Shown: positions 20,552-28,409 of the stretch, in pieces
Layout of the letters: each line of letters opens with the position of its first letter
How positions within the stretch are numbered: position 1 is the first letter of the stretch
Assembly: GCA_023437885.1 (NCBI GenBank)
Contig: JAEZFH010000008.1
Span: 1-38,291 of the forward strand
DNA length: 38,291 nucleotides
DNA from: Bacillota bacterium
GTDB lineage: Bacteria > Bacillota > Clostridia > Lachnospirales > Lachnospiraceae
Direction: 5' to 3'
Translations under genes and position numbers: made by a program
The notes under the pieces: model-generated
Seen by the model: the letters and a program-made list of their open reading frames with translations, nothing else
What the model was told of the DNA's origin: nothing
Database searches by the model: none

Positions 20552-21238
20552 ATGTCATTTCCAGGTAATAAAAAGAAGGCCTTCACTTTCAGCTATGATG
20601 ACGGAGTAGAACAGGACCGGCGGCTTGTCAGTATTTTTAACAAGTATCGCCTGAAATGCACCTTTAATCTGAATTCCGGAATCCAAAGCGGTGCAAGCCA
20701 ATGGGAAAGAAACGGAATTACTGTAAGGCGCATGAATGTTGCAGGTTTAAAAGAACTATACCAGGGCCACGAAATTGCAATCCACTCTCTTACACACCCA
20801 AGGCTGGAGCAGCAGAATATCGAAACAATTCAAAATGAAATAACCCAGGATCGAATTAATCTGGAGGATATCTTTGGTTACCCCATACATGGCATGGCTT
20901 ATCCTTATGGCACATATGATGATAGAGTAATCCAGGTACTCAAAGAGAACGGTATCAGATATTCAAGAACCGTTATTGAAACCGGTGATTTTAAACCTCA
21001 AAGCAATCTCTTGGAATTAAAAGCCACCTGTCATCACAATAACAAAAGCCTGATGAAGCTTGCTGAAGAATTTGTGAACGCTGACCCTGCGGAACCAATG
21101 ACTTTCTATGTATGGGGTCATAGCTACGAATTTGATTTTGATAACAACTGGGACATGATAGAAAATTTCTGCGCTTTTATCAGTAACCGAGATGATATTT
21201 TCTACGGTACCAACTCTGAGGTACTATTCTCACTGTAA
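20552..21238 (+). CDS. Polysaccharide deacetylase family (CE4/NodB-like) protein
   Basis: TFSYDDG, GHEIAIHSLTHP, AYPYG and YVWGHSYE motifs. RBS AAGGAG. No signal peptide. Confidence 0.88.
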   Translation: MSFPGNKKKAFTFSYDDGVEQDRRLVSIFNKYRLKCTFNLNSGIQSGASQWERNGITVRRMNVAGLKELYQGHEIAIHSLTHPRLEQQNIETIQNEITQDRINLEDIFGYPIHGMAYPYGTYDDRVIQVLKENGIRYSRTVIETGDFKPQSNLLELKATCHHNNKSLMKLAEEFVNADPAEPMTFYVWGHSYEFDFDNNWDMIENFCAFISNRDDIFYGTNSEVLFSL

Positions 21239-21242
21239 AGTC

Positions 21243-21274
21243 AGCCACATTTGCAATCTGCTCTATGTTAGAAT
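21243..21274 (+). promoter_or_regulatory. Activator-dependent promoter, AGCCACAT-N18-TAGAAT (cytoplasmic GH)
   Basis: AGCCACAT 21243-21250; TGT then TAGAAT at 21269-21274. Confidence 0.62.
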
Positions 21275-21315
21275 AAGCCAGGATATGAGTTCATCATGTC
21301 CCGGCTTATTTTATT
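21272..21315 (+). terminator. Intrinsic terminator after the deacetylase gene
   Basis: AATAAGCCAGGATATGA / TCATGTCCCGGCTTATT stem followed by a T-rich tail. Confidence 0.6.
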
Positions 21316-21339
21316 ATAAAGAAACGGAGGAAGCAGCAT

Positions 21340-22695
21340 ATGAAATTCTGGCATGAGGATAACGGTGAAATCTTAAGTAACCCCGGTATGGGCTGGGTTA
21401 TTCACCATTCCATCGAAAAGGGCTATAAAGACTCTAATGAGCCCTCTATCTATGACAAATTGGATAATGTAGCACTGTTATCCTACTGGGCTGCATTGGA
21501 ACCGGAGGAAGGTAAATTCCATTGGGATGACCTCGATGCGTCTGTGGAGAAATGGACAAAGTACGGCAAAAAGCTCCAGTTCCGTATCTCAACTGATCCG
21601 ATGTTATACAAAAACCGCTCTGAAGGAGCACCGGATTGGCTATACCAAAAATATAATGTCCCCTTTTACTTGGATAAGACGCTTCAACCGGCTGCAAAAT
21701 ATCCGGATTATCTTGATCCCATCTATCAAGACAGGCTAAGGCGTTTTCTGTATGCGCTATCTGAGAGATACGGCAGCCTGGAGCAATTGGAAACCGTCGA
21801 CCTGCGCGGTTATGGCGCCTGGGGAGAATGGCACAGCGGATATCCGTATGACAGTTATGCTAAACGTAATCTAGCTCTGCGCAGTATTATTGATACCTGG
21901 TATGATGCCTTCACCTCCAAAAAGACGCTGATACTATCCTGCTCCTATGAATGGCGTCAGGATTTTACCCCTCCTTTGCATGCACCCAAATCCTATGAGG
22001 AGTTTCTCTACTGGTCAGCCTTCGATTATGCTTTATCAAAGGATAATATCTCCTTCCGACGGGACGGAATCGGAGGTGCGGTTAAAATCTGGGATACCCT
22101 GCTGATGAGGAATTTCTATGAGTCCAAAAAATGCAAACCGTTGATCTGCGAATATTTTGACGGCTATAACAGTAAGATCAATGGCTCCCGCGGATATTTT
22201 GTTGATGATTCTGTAGAGGAAGCCCTGATGCTTCATCCGAACTATATGATGCTTATGTGGGACAGCATCGATTTCTATACAAAACGTCCGGATCTTATCG
22301 ATCATGGTCTCAAGAGAATGGGTTACCGCCTGTTACCCATATGTGTTGAGACTGAAACCGAAGCAAGTAAGGGAGATATTCTCACCCTCAAGCATACCTG
22401 GACAAATCTGGCTGCCGGACGCTTCTGCGATAATGCAATATTAAGGATAAGATTAGTTAATCTTGATACTGGAGCCAGTACGATAACAGAGGAGACCATG
22501 TTTCAGCCAAATATAATAAACGAGAAGGAACTCTATAGCTGCTATTCGAATCTTCGGATTCCGGAAGGCTTTGATGCAGGTCCCTGTCAGATAGAATTTC
22601 AGATATTCAATTCCCAGAGAAGTACACCAATCCGTCTGCCCATAACCGGAACCAAAGACAACTTTTATCCGGTGGCTAACTTGACGGTATTGTAA
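21340..22695 (+). CDS. Cytoplasmic GH-A/beta-galactosidase-like (DUF4832-type) hydrolase, paralog of the catalytic domain of 9698..12679
   Basis: NPGMGW, WAALEPEEGKFHW, GAPDWL, YGAWGEWHSG, FRRDGIGG and MGYRL motifs. No signal peptide. RBS GGAGG. Confidence 0.72.
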   Translation: MKFWHEDNGEILSNPGMGWVIHHSIEKGYKDSNEPSIYDKLDNVALLSYWAALEPEEGKFHWDDLDASVEKWTKYGKKLQFRISTDPMLYKNRSEGAPDWLYQKYNVPFYLDKTLQPAAKYPDYLDPIYQDRLRRFLYALSERYGSLEQLETVDLRGYGAWGEWHSGYPYDSYAKRNLALRSIIDTWYDAFTSKKTLILSCSYEWRQDFTPPLHAPKSYEEFLYWSAFDYALSKDNISFRRDGIGGAVKIWDTLLMRNFYESKKCKPLICEYFDGYNSKINGSRGYFVDDSVEEALMLHPNYMMLMWDSIDFYTKRPDLIDHGLKRMGYRLLPICVETETEASKGDILTLKHTWTNLAAGRFCDNAILRIRLVNLDTGASTITEETMFQPNIINEKELYSCYSNLRIPEGFDAGPCQIEFQIFNSQRSTPIRLPITGTKDNFYPVANLTVL

Positions 22696-22957
22696 GCGTT
22701 ATGATTAAGCAGCTTTATATTCGGACCGAATGGGAAGTGTCCATAAGGAAGCAATTACAAAACCAAATAGATAGCTATGCAACAGATTGGTAAGGATATA
22801 TAATTAAAAACGACACATTATTTCATAAAAGTTGAGGTTGAATTATTTTGTAATGAAATCAGAGATATAAAATTTATTTTCAATTTCATGCAACCACAGT
22901 TTCAAAACGGGAAGTAGATAGATGAAGGGCCCTAACAAAAGACTGGGAGGTGAAAGA

Positions 22958-23239
22958 ATGGAGGACAGTAGCATAGTAGAATTATATTGGACGCGCTCTG
23001 AACACGCAATAACAGAAACAGCGTCAAAATATGGGAAATACTGTTACGCCATTGCCTACAATATTCTTACAAATAAAGAGGATGCGGAAAGAGCAGTTTT
23101 CATATACCGCTACTGGTACTTGGATTCCATTGATCAAATTAGCAGGGCGTTTGATTTCAGTAATAGTAAGGTCAAATCTATGCTCCACAGGACAAGGACT
23201 CACTTGCTTTGCTATTTAAGACAGGAGGGAGTGGAATGA
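22958..23239 (+). pseudogene. ECF sigma-70 factor with in-frame internal deletion (region 2.1 fused to region 4)
   Basis: ATG 22958 after GGGAGG, 93 aa. MEDSSIVELYWTRSEHAI...IAYNILTNKEDAE joins directly to RAVFIYRYWYLDSIDQI...SKVKSMLHRTR. Confidence 0.75.
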
Positions 23240-23814
23240 ACGCCAACCATATTCTCGACGCATTAGAGATGATTGATGATAAATATATCATACAGGCAAA
23301 GGAGCATAATGCTATGGACATAACTTCTACGAAAAGTACACAAAAGAGGGGTGGGAACTGCAAGCGAACCCTTGTTTTAGCTGCAGCCATTATAACAGTA
23401 TTAGCACTTTGCGGATTCGCGGCCTATCAATTTGGCTGGTTTGACCCGTGGTTCCAGAAGCCTTCCAAAAACCCGATAGAAACCGTCCAAAGTGCAATCG
23501 AAAATCAGGTAGATAAAGAGTACACATTGAGCGTGCAAATCGAAGAAATAAAAGTCGATGATGAAGAAACTAGGCGCGTCGTTCAGATGTATTCAAGCAG
23601 TGAGTTGGCCGAAGAAAGAGGCTGGACAGATGAATATTTGGCGCAGCATTTTATTGTCGTATTGGCGAAATACTATGTCAAGTACGATCACACCAAGACT
23701 TTTTTGGATGACGGTAATACAGAGCAATATTTCTATTTGACGCAGGATGAAAATACCGGAGAATGGACGATTGTAGACAATACAAGTCCAAATGTTTCTA
23801 ATGATACTCAATAA
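23236..23814 (+). CDS. Anti-sigma-like single-TM membrane protein with extracytoplasmic domain (DUF4829-like)
   Basis: ATGA overlap with the sigma stop. N-terminus ILDALEMIDDKYIIQA, one TM helix (LVLAAAIITVLALCGFAA), C-terminal YFYLTQDENTGEWTIVD. Confidence 0.65.
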   Translation: MNANHILDALEMIDDKYIIQAKEHNAMDITSTKSTQKRGGNCKRTLVLAAAIITVLALCGFAAYQFGWFDPWFQKPSKNPIETVQSAIENQVDKEYTLSVQIEEIKVDDEETRRVVQMYSSSELAEERGWTDEYLAQHFIVVLAKYYVKYDHTKTFLDDGNTEQYFYLTQDENTGEWTIVDNTSPNVSNDTQ

Positions 23815-23856
23815 TCCCGATGATTTGTGATGTTGAATAATGCGGAAATGTGCATA

Positions 23857-23896
23857 AGCAAATGCCCATCATGGTTCACTGCCAAGACGGGCATTT
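23857..23896. repeat. Hairpin, direct-repeat copy 1 (38/40 identical to 33542..33581); probable terminator
   Basis: AGCAAATGCCCATCATGGTTCACTGCCAAGACGGGCATTT. Confidence 0.9.
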
Positions 23897-23907
23897 TGCT
23901 TAATTTT

Positions 23908-24023
23908 TTCTTCAACAGACTTAGCATTATCTCCTGTCAGCCGTTCCTTTAGTAACGTATTTCGTTTCGTGACAGTTACCTGCTTCACTGAATAAGCAAG
24001 TGCCTTCTTTGCTCCTACCATAA
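23908..24023 (-). pseudogene. recD2: Duplicated fragment of the recD2 3' region (direct repeat of 33757..33872)
   Basis: 116 bp with 8 mismatches by manual alignment. Encodes MVGAKKALAYSVKQVTVTKRNTLLKERLTGDNAKSVEE, versus IVGTKKALAYAVKQ...SVEE in the intact gene. Confidence 0.92.
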
Positions 24024-24063
24024 TCCGAAGCAGATAGGGTGATCGCCTGCTGGCGGGCCTTTA

Positions 24064-24510
24064 TCATTCATTCGTCCGATATTCAGAAGGGGTGACCCCG
24101 GTGCTTTGTTTAAACATTTTCGAAAAATAATCCACATCAAAACATCCCACCTTCTCTGATATATATGCTACGGACAGCGTCGTATTTTTTAACAATTTCA
24201 TGGCATTTGACATTCTAATATTAAGCAGGTATTCATTGAAGGGCAATCCGATATTTTTTTAAAAAGCCTGCCCAAATAGGCAGAATTAATATAGAAGCTG
24301 GAGGAAAGACTGCGAAGCGTGATTTTTTCTGAATAACCTGCGTGATTTTCTGCAAAACTCTATTTTGCTGGACCTTATCCTGAAAATATACCGCATCCTC
24401 TTTGTCTTCCTTCTGCATATTACAGCTCAAAAAATCCACGCAGCTAAGAAAGGAATCGCTTAAACAATCTATTTTTTCCTGTGCCTTGCTGACAATCATA
24501 CAACCCAAAT
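24064..24510 (-). pseudogene. Frameshifted, 5'-truncated AraC-type (response) regulator remnant
   Basis: ITLRSLSSSFYINSAYLGRLFKK, then a frameshift at the T7 run (24254-24260), then IGLPFNEYLLNIRM...EKVGCFDVDYFSKMFKQSTGVTPSEYR. A second shift lies near 24325. Confidence 0.78.
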
Positions 24511-24564
24511 GGATTCCGGAGCGGAAGGCTTTCGTCATTTCCAACCGGTGTCTCACTGCAAACA

Positions 24565-25401
24565 ATGGCTCTCAAAAGTATGAATGCGAAAAATTTATAC
24601 TCTACACTAATTGTTACCTCTGCTTTTTCTGCGATCATAGCTATATTTCTTTTCCTGCTGAACGCTAACAGAGGTATTACCGTAAACAGCCGGACGATCC
24701 TCTTTGACATTGTCTTCGGTGCGATATCCATCACTACTCTGTGCTGCGAAAACATGGCTTTACAAACCGGTCCCATGTCCTACACCGTTTTCTTTATATC
24801 CGCCAGTATGGTTATCCCTACCGTAGGTGGTATTATCCTATGGAAAGAACCCCTGACCATCAGCATCGCAGCCGGGCTCATATTATTCCTGTCTTCTTTT
24901 TATCTTATATTAATCGCCGGAAAAAAGGAGAATGAAAAGGGAAATATTAAATGGGTAATCTTATGCCTGATTACATGGATGCTGAACGGATGCTCCTCCA
25001 TCGTCACGAAAGCGCACCAAACCATAATGAACGGCAAAGAATCCTCTGAACTGATGATGATCGGCTTTGCAGTCGCAGCATTGATATCCTCCGCCGCAAT
25101 CCTCTCATTAAAAAAATGCTACTATACTAACCGCGCACAGCAGACACAAACTCTTACTTTTACTCCCAAATTCCTTATTCTGTTACTGTTTACTGCGATC
25201 GGCAGCGGAGGAGGAAATATACTTACAACTACTCTTGCCGGCAAGGTCCCCGCCTCTTTGCTGTTTCCATTCCTGCTTGGCGGAATGACGGTTGCTACTA
25301 CGCTTTACTCTCTGATATTTGAGAAGGCAAAAATCAGCGTTTGGGGGAAGCTTGGACTAGTCGTCGGTATCGCTGCCATTACAGCAATCAATGTCCCATA
25401 A
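24565..25401 (+). CDS. DMT/EamA superfamily transporter, possibly 5'-truncated
   Basis: About 9 hydrophobic helices; ALQTGPMS, ILWKEPLT and LIFEKAKI motifs. No clear RBS; the first TM helix appears to be missing. Confidence 0.7.
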   Translation: MALKSMNAKNLYSTLIVTSAFSAIIAIFLFLLNANRGITVNSRTILFDIVFGAISITTLCCENMALQTGPMSYTVFFISASMVIPTVGGIILWKEPLTISIAAGLILFLSSFYLILIAGKKENEKGNIKWVILCLITWMLNGCSSIVTKAHQTIMNGKESSELMMIGFAVAALISSAAILSLKKCYYTNRAQQTQTLTFTPKFLILLLFTAIGSGGGNILTTTLAGKVPASLLFPFLLGGMTVATTLYSLIFEKAKISVWGKLGLVVGIAAITAINVP

Positions 25402-25441
25402 AACTTTCCCCATTTTAGGAACAGGCATAGCCCTTGACAAA

Positions 25442-25483
25442 ATAAAACCGAACGATTTTGTTGATATTCTCGTTCGGTTTTAT
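25442..25483. terminator. Bidirectional terminator-like hairpin between convergent genes
   Basis: ATAAAACCGAACGA / TCGTTCGGTTTTAT, perfect 14-bp arms. Confidence 0.7.
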
Positions 25484-25573
25484 CATGTTTCTTTGGGCAT
25501 CTTCTATTACCAATTGTTATAGCTGAACAGCCGGAAATTGTCCTCCAATCCATATGCTTCCGTCTTTACATAG

Positions 25574-26416
25574 TTAGCTGATTTCTTCCACTTCCACTCC
25601 GAAATGGTCAGACACTACAAAACCGTTGATACCATTAAAAACTATATTAAACTTACCTTTTTCTAAAGGCATATTTTTTAAAATAAAATCAATTCTTTTT
25701 CCGTGCTTTTCTTTCTTCCATCCATCAATGAACCCTTGTGTTGTAACACAACTATCATGATATTGGTTTAAATCCCATGTATCCTTCCATATCCTATCTT
25801 TCATGATATAGTCATATCCTTCTTCTCTGACCCCAGCCGGATTATTAAAGTCGCCCATGACATATATGATACCACTTTCGTTAAGACATATCTGTCTGCA
25901 AAATTGATCCCATTGATTTGAAAATCGCTCTTCACCTTTCTTCCACCATCCAAAATGTACGGAATAAAATGCTATCTTTTGTTCTTGATAACAAATAGTA
26001 ATTCCAACCTGCCTTCTTGTTTCCGGACTTATTCTATTCGTTTCCTTTGAAACCACCAGACTCTGGGTATCAAGTATCGGTTCTCTGCTAAGTAATGCAA
26101 GCCCTTCTTCATATATACCATAGCCGATGTGAGAAATCGCAAAGGTCCAATGATATACCTCTCCTAACTCCTGCAAGCAACTTACTAATTTATATGCGAA
26201 ATTATCTTTTCTTACTTTTGTAGTCTCATCTGCCTCTACATATCGACATTCCTCTAGTTCCTGTACATCAACAAGTTTTTCTTCAACCGTCTGGTTTACT
26301 TCCTGTAAAGCGATAACGTCATAACCTTCTAAATGTATTTTTTGTGCAATGTATTCCATTTTTTCATCCCAATTATTTTCAACTAAACTATGGGAATTCA
26401 AACTTAGTATTTTCAT
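25574..26416 (-). CDS. Endonuclease/exonuclease/phosphatase family protein, MapP/RgfB-like sugar-phosphate phosphatase
   Basis: MKILSLNSHSLVE, DVIALQEVNQ, HIGYGIYEEGLALLS, MGDFN, RIDFI and VVSDHFG motifs. Confidence 0.8.
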   Translation of the reverse strand: MKILSLNSHSLVENNWDEKMEYIAQKIHLEGYDVIALQEVNQTVEEKLVDVQELEECRYVEADETTKVRKDNFAYKLVSCLQELGEVYHWTFAISHIGYGIYEEGLALLSREPILDTQSLVVSKETNRISPETRRQVGITICYQEQKIAFYSVHFGWWKKGEERFSNQWDQFCRQICLNESGIIYVMGDFNNPAGVREEGYDYIMKDRIWKDTWDLNQYHDSCVTTQGFIDGWKKEKHGKRIDFILKNMPLEKGKFNIVFNGINGFVVSDHFGVEVEEIS

Positions 26417-26435
26417 GCTTCGTCACACTCTCTCC

Positions 26436-26580
26436 GTCTAGTAAACTCACACCTCACGATGTGGGCTCCTATTCAGAACCGTGCGTGCGGCTTACCCACA
26501 CACGGCTCTTCATAACAACCTTCACACTAACAACTCATATCCTCATATGAAACAAACATTGATTTAATCTCTGGGCACAC
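26436..26580 (-). mobile_element. Group II intron remnant (145 nt): 5' end + domain V + domain VI, interior deleted
   Basis: Minus strand begins GTGTGCCCAG. DV is GAGCCGTGTGTGGGTAAGCCGCACGCACGGTTC (26508-26476) with AGC triad and AC bulge. DVI hairpin has a GTGA loop, a bulged A at -7 and terminal AC. Confidence 0.85.
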
Positions 26581-26581
26581 C

Positions 26582-27415
26582 TTATCCTTTTACAGCACCA
26601 TTTGTAAGTCCTCCTATAATCTGCTTTTGCATTAACAGATATAAAATAATAATGGGTAAGCTTGATACCACGAAACAAGTAAATGCTAAATTATAATCAA
26701 CACCATACTCTGACTGGAAAATATATTGATATAATGTCAAGGTCCAGATCTTCCATGAACGGTTCAAAGTAACAAGTGGAAGCATAAAGTCATTCCAAAT
26801 GGAAAGTCCTTCTCGAATAATCACAGTGGCTATAATTGGCTTCATTAATGGGACAATAATTTTTTTGTATATTTGAAAAGTATTGGCACCATCAATATAT
26901 GCCGCTTCTTCTATGCTTGAACTGATTGAGTCCAAAAAACCAACATACAAGAAAACGCTCTCACAGGTAGCGTGGGCAATATATAAAATAATCAGTCCTG
27001 TCTGATTTAACATGTTAAGACTACTTAAAAGCTTTACAAGCGGAACCATACGTACTTGAAAAGGAAGGAAAATTCCTATTAGTAAAAAAATATATAGAAA
27101 TCGAAATCCTCTGTTTCCTCTCATCCCCCTAGAAATGGCAAAACTCATAGCGGGCATTATTAATAAACTTCCTACTACTGACATTACAGTTATGTATATG
27201 GTATTACCATAAGCATAATACAATTTAGGATTAGCCAAAACCTCAATATAATTGCCTAGATAAATAGATTTAGGTAATGTAAAATAACTGATCGCTGTTT
27301 CTGTAGTTGTCTTAATTGTTGTTATCATACAGATATACAAAGGAAAAAGGATCACAAGAAGTCCTAATAACAACATAAAATATACACCAATTTTAATTTT
27401 CTTCTTTTTTATCAT
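26582..27415 (-). CDS. Carbohydrate ABC permease (MsmG-like)
   Basis: IFLPFQVRMVPL, SIEEAAYIDGA, IWNDFMLPL, GGLTNGAVKG. Confidence 0.9.
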   Translation of the reverse strand: MIKKKKIKIGVYFMLLLGLLVILFPLYICMITTIKTTTETAISYFTLPKSIYLGNYIEVLANPKLYYAYGNTIYITVMSVVGSLLIMPAMSFAISRGMRGNRGFRFLYIFLLIGIFLPFQVRMVPLVKLLSSLNMLNQTGLIILYIAHATCESVFLYVGFLDSISSSIEEAAYIDGANTFQIYKKIIVPLMKPIIATVIIREGLSIWNDFMLPLVTLNRSWKIWTLTLYQYIFQSEYGVDYNLAFTCFVVSSLPIIILYLLMQKQIIGGLTNGAVKG

Positions 27416-28317
27416 ACTTCAACCTTCTTTTTATTTGTAATCTTTATCTGAATTGCAGATATTAACGCAATAAGGATTCCTGTTATAATTGCCTCTGCAA
27501 TACTATAGCTGTACTTATGCTGTACAAATCCATGATCATAGATTAAAAGTGCGATACTTTTCGTAACACCGCCTGGTCCGCCCTCTGTTAAGCTTTTAAT
27601 ATAATCAAATACATTTAGGCCAGACTTAAGTGATAGTACTAATACAACGCTCAAGGTTGGTAGCAGGTAAGGATACTTGATACAAAAGAACCTATGTAAT
27701 CCATTTGCTCCATCTATCGATGCAGATTCTAGTAATTCCTCCGGAATAGTCTGTAATCCTGCCAGAAAGAGTAGTGTCGGTAAGGCAACTCCTTGCCAAA
27801 TATGTACAAATAAAATTCCCCACATGGCTAAATTCTCATTCGCTAGAATATTATAACTCAACACGTCAATATTCAATCCCTCACCTATCTTTGGTATGAT
27901 TCGATAAAATATTTGATTAAATATTAAACTCACAGTAATCATACTTAGTATTGCAGGGAGGAAATATACCGTCCGAAAAAAAGAACGTCCCTTTATTTTA
28001 TTATTAAGTAATAAAGCCAGAATCATTCCTAAAACCACTGTGCCAATTACCAAAATTACAGAATATTTTATGGTAAATGCAAGGGTACTTAAGTATATCT
28101 TGCTATGTAAAATTTTAGTAAAATTGTTTAGACCAATAAAGTCATAACTTTTTCCAATTCCATTCCAATTCGTAAAGCTATAATAAATTCCTAGGCATAT
28201 AGGGAAAACAAAGAAAAAAGTATATAATAAAACACCGGGTACTGTCATTATTTTATACGCTAAATTACGTTCTGACATAAATACACTTTTTTTTGTCTTT
28301 TTCATCATTGTTTTCAT
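27412..28317 (-). CDS. Carbohydrate ABC permease (MsmF-like)
   Basis: YSFTNWNG, FFRTVYFLPAIL, ELLESASIDGA, LTEGGPG. Confidence 0.9.
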   Translation of the reverse strand: MKTMMKKTKKSVFMSERNLAYKIMTVPGVLLYTFFFVFPICLGIYYSFTNWNGIGKSYDFIGLNNFTKILHSKIYLSTLAFTIKYSVILVIGTVVLGMILALLLNNKIKGRSFFRTVYFLPAILSMITVSLIFNQIFYRIIPKIGEGLNIDVLSYNILANENLAMWGILFVHIWQGVALPTLLFLAGLQTIPEELLESASIDGANGLHRFFCIKYPYLLPTLSVVLVLSLKSGLNVFDYIKSLTEGGPGGVTKSIALLIYDHGFVQHKYSYSIAEAIITGILIALISAIQIKITNKKKVEV

Positions 28318-28350
28318 GATACCACCACTTTCTTACTTTTTTATTTAAAG

Positions 28351-28383
28351 AAGAGATGTTGTATATTTGCTACAGCATCTCTT
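28351..28383 (-). terminator. Stem-loop after the SBP gene
   Basis: AAGAGATGTTGTA / TACAGCATCTCTT. Confidence 0.6.
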
Positions 28384-28409
28384 TCTAAATCTGCTTATTT
28401 TTATTTTGT

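Noticed and set aside
22701..22793. 30-codon ORF MIKQLYIRTEWEVSIRKQLQNQIDSYATDW
   Set aside because: No RBS and no recognisable similarity; cannot be supported.
22889..22917. Possible ECF autoregulatory promoter TGCAAC...GTAG
   Set aside because: Single weak instance with uncertain spacing; too little to call.
24233..24776. Overlapping 88-110 aa ORFs as independent genes
   Set aside because: They are explained as frames of the AraC remnant or as antisense shadows of the DMT gene.
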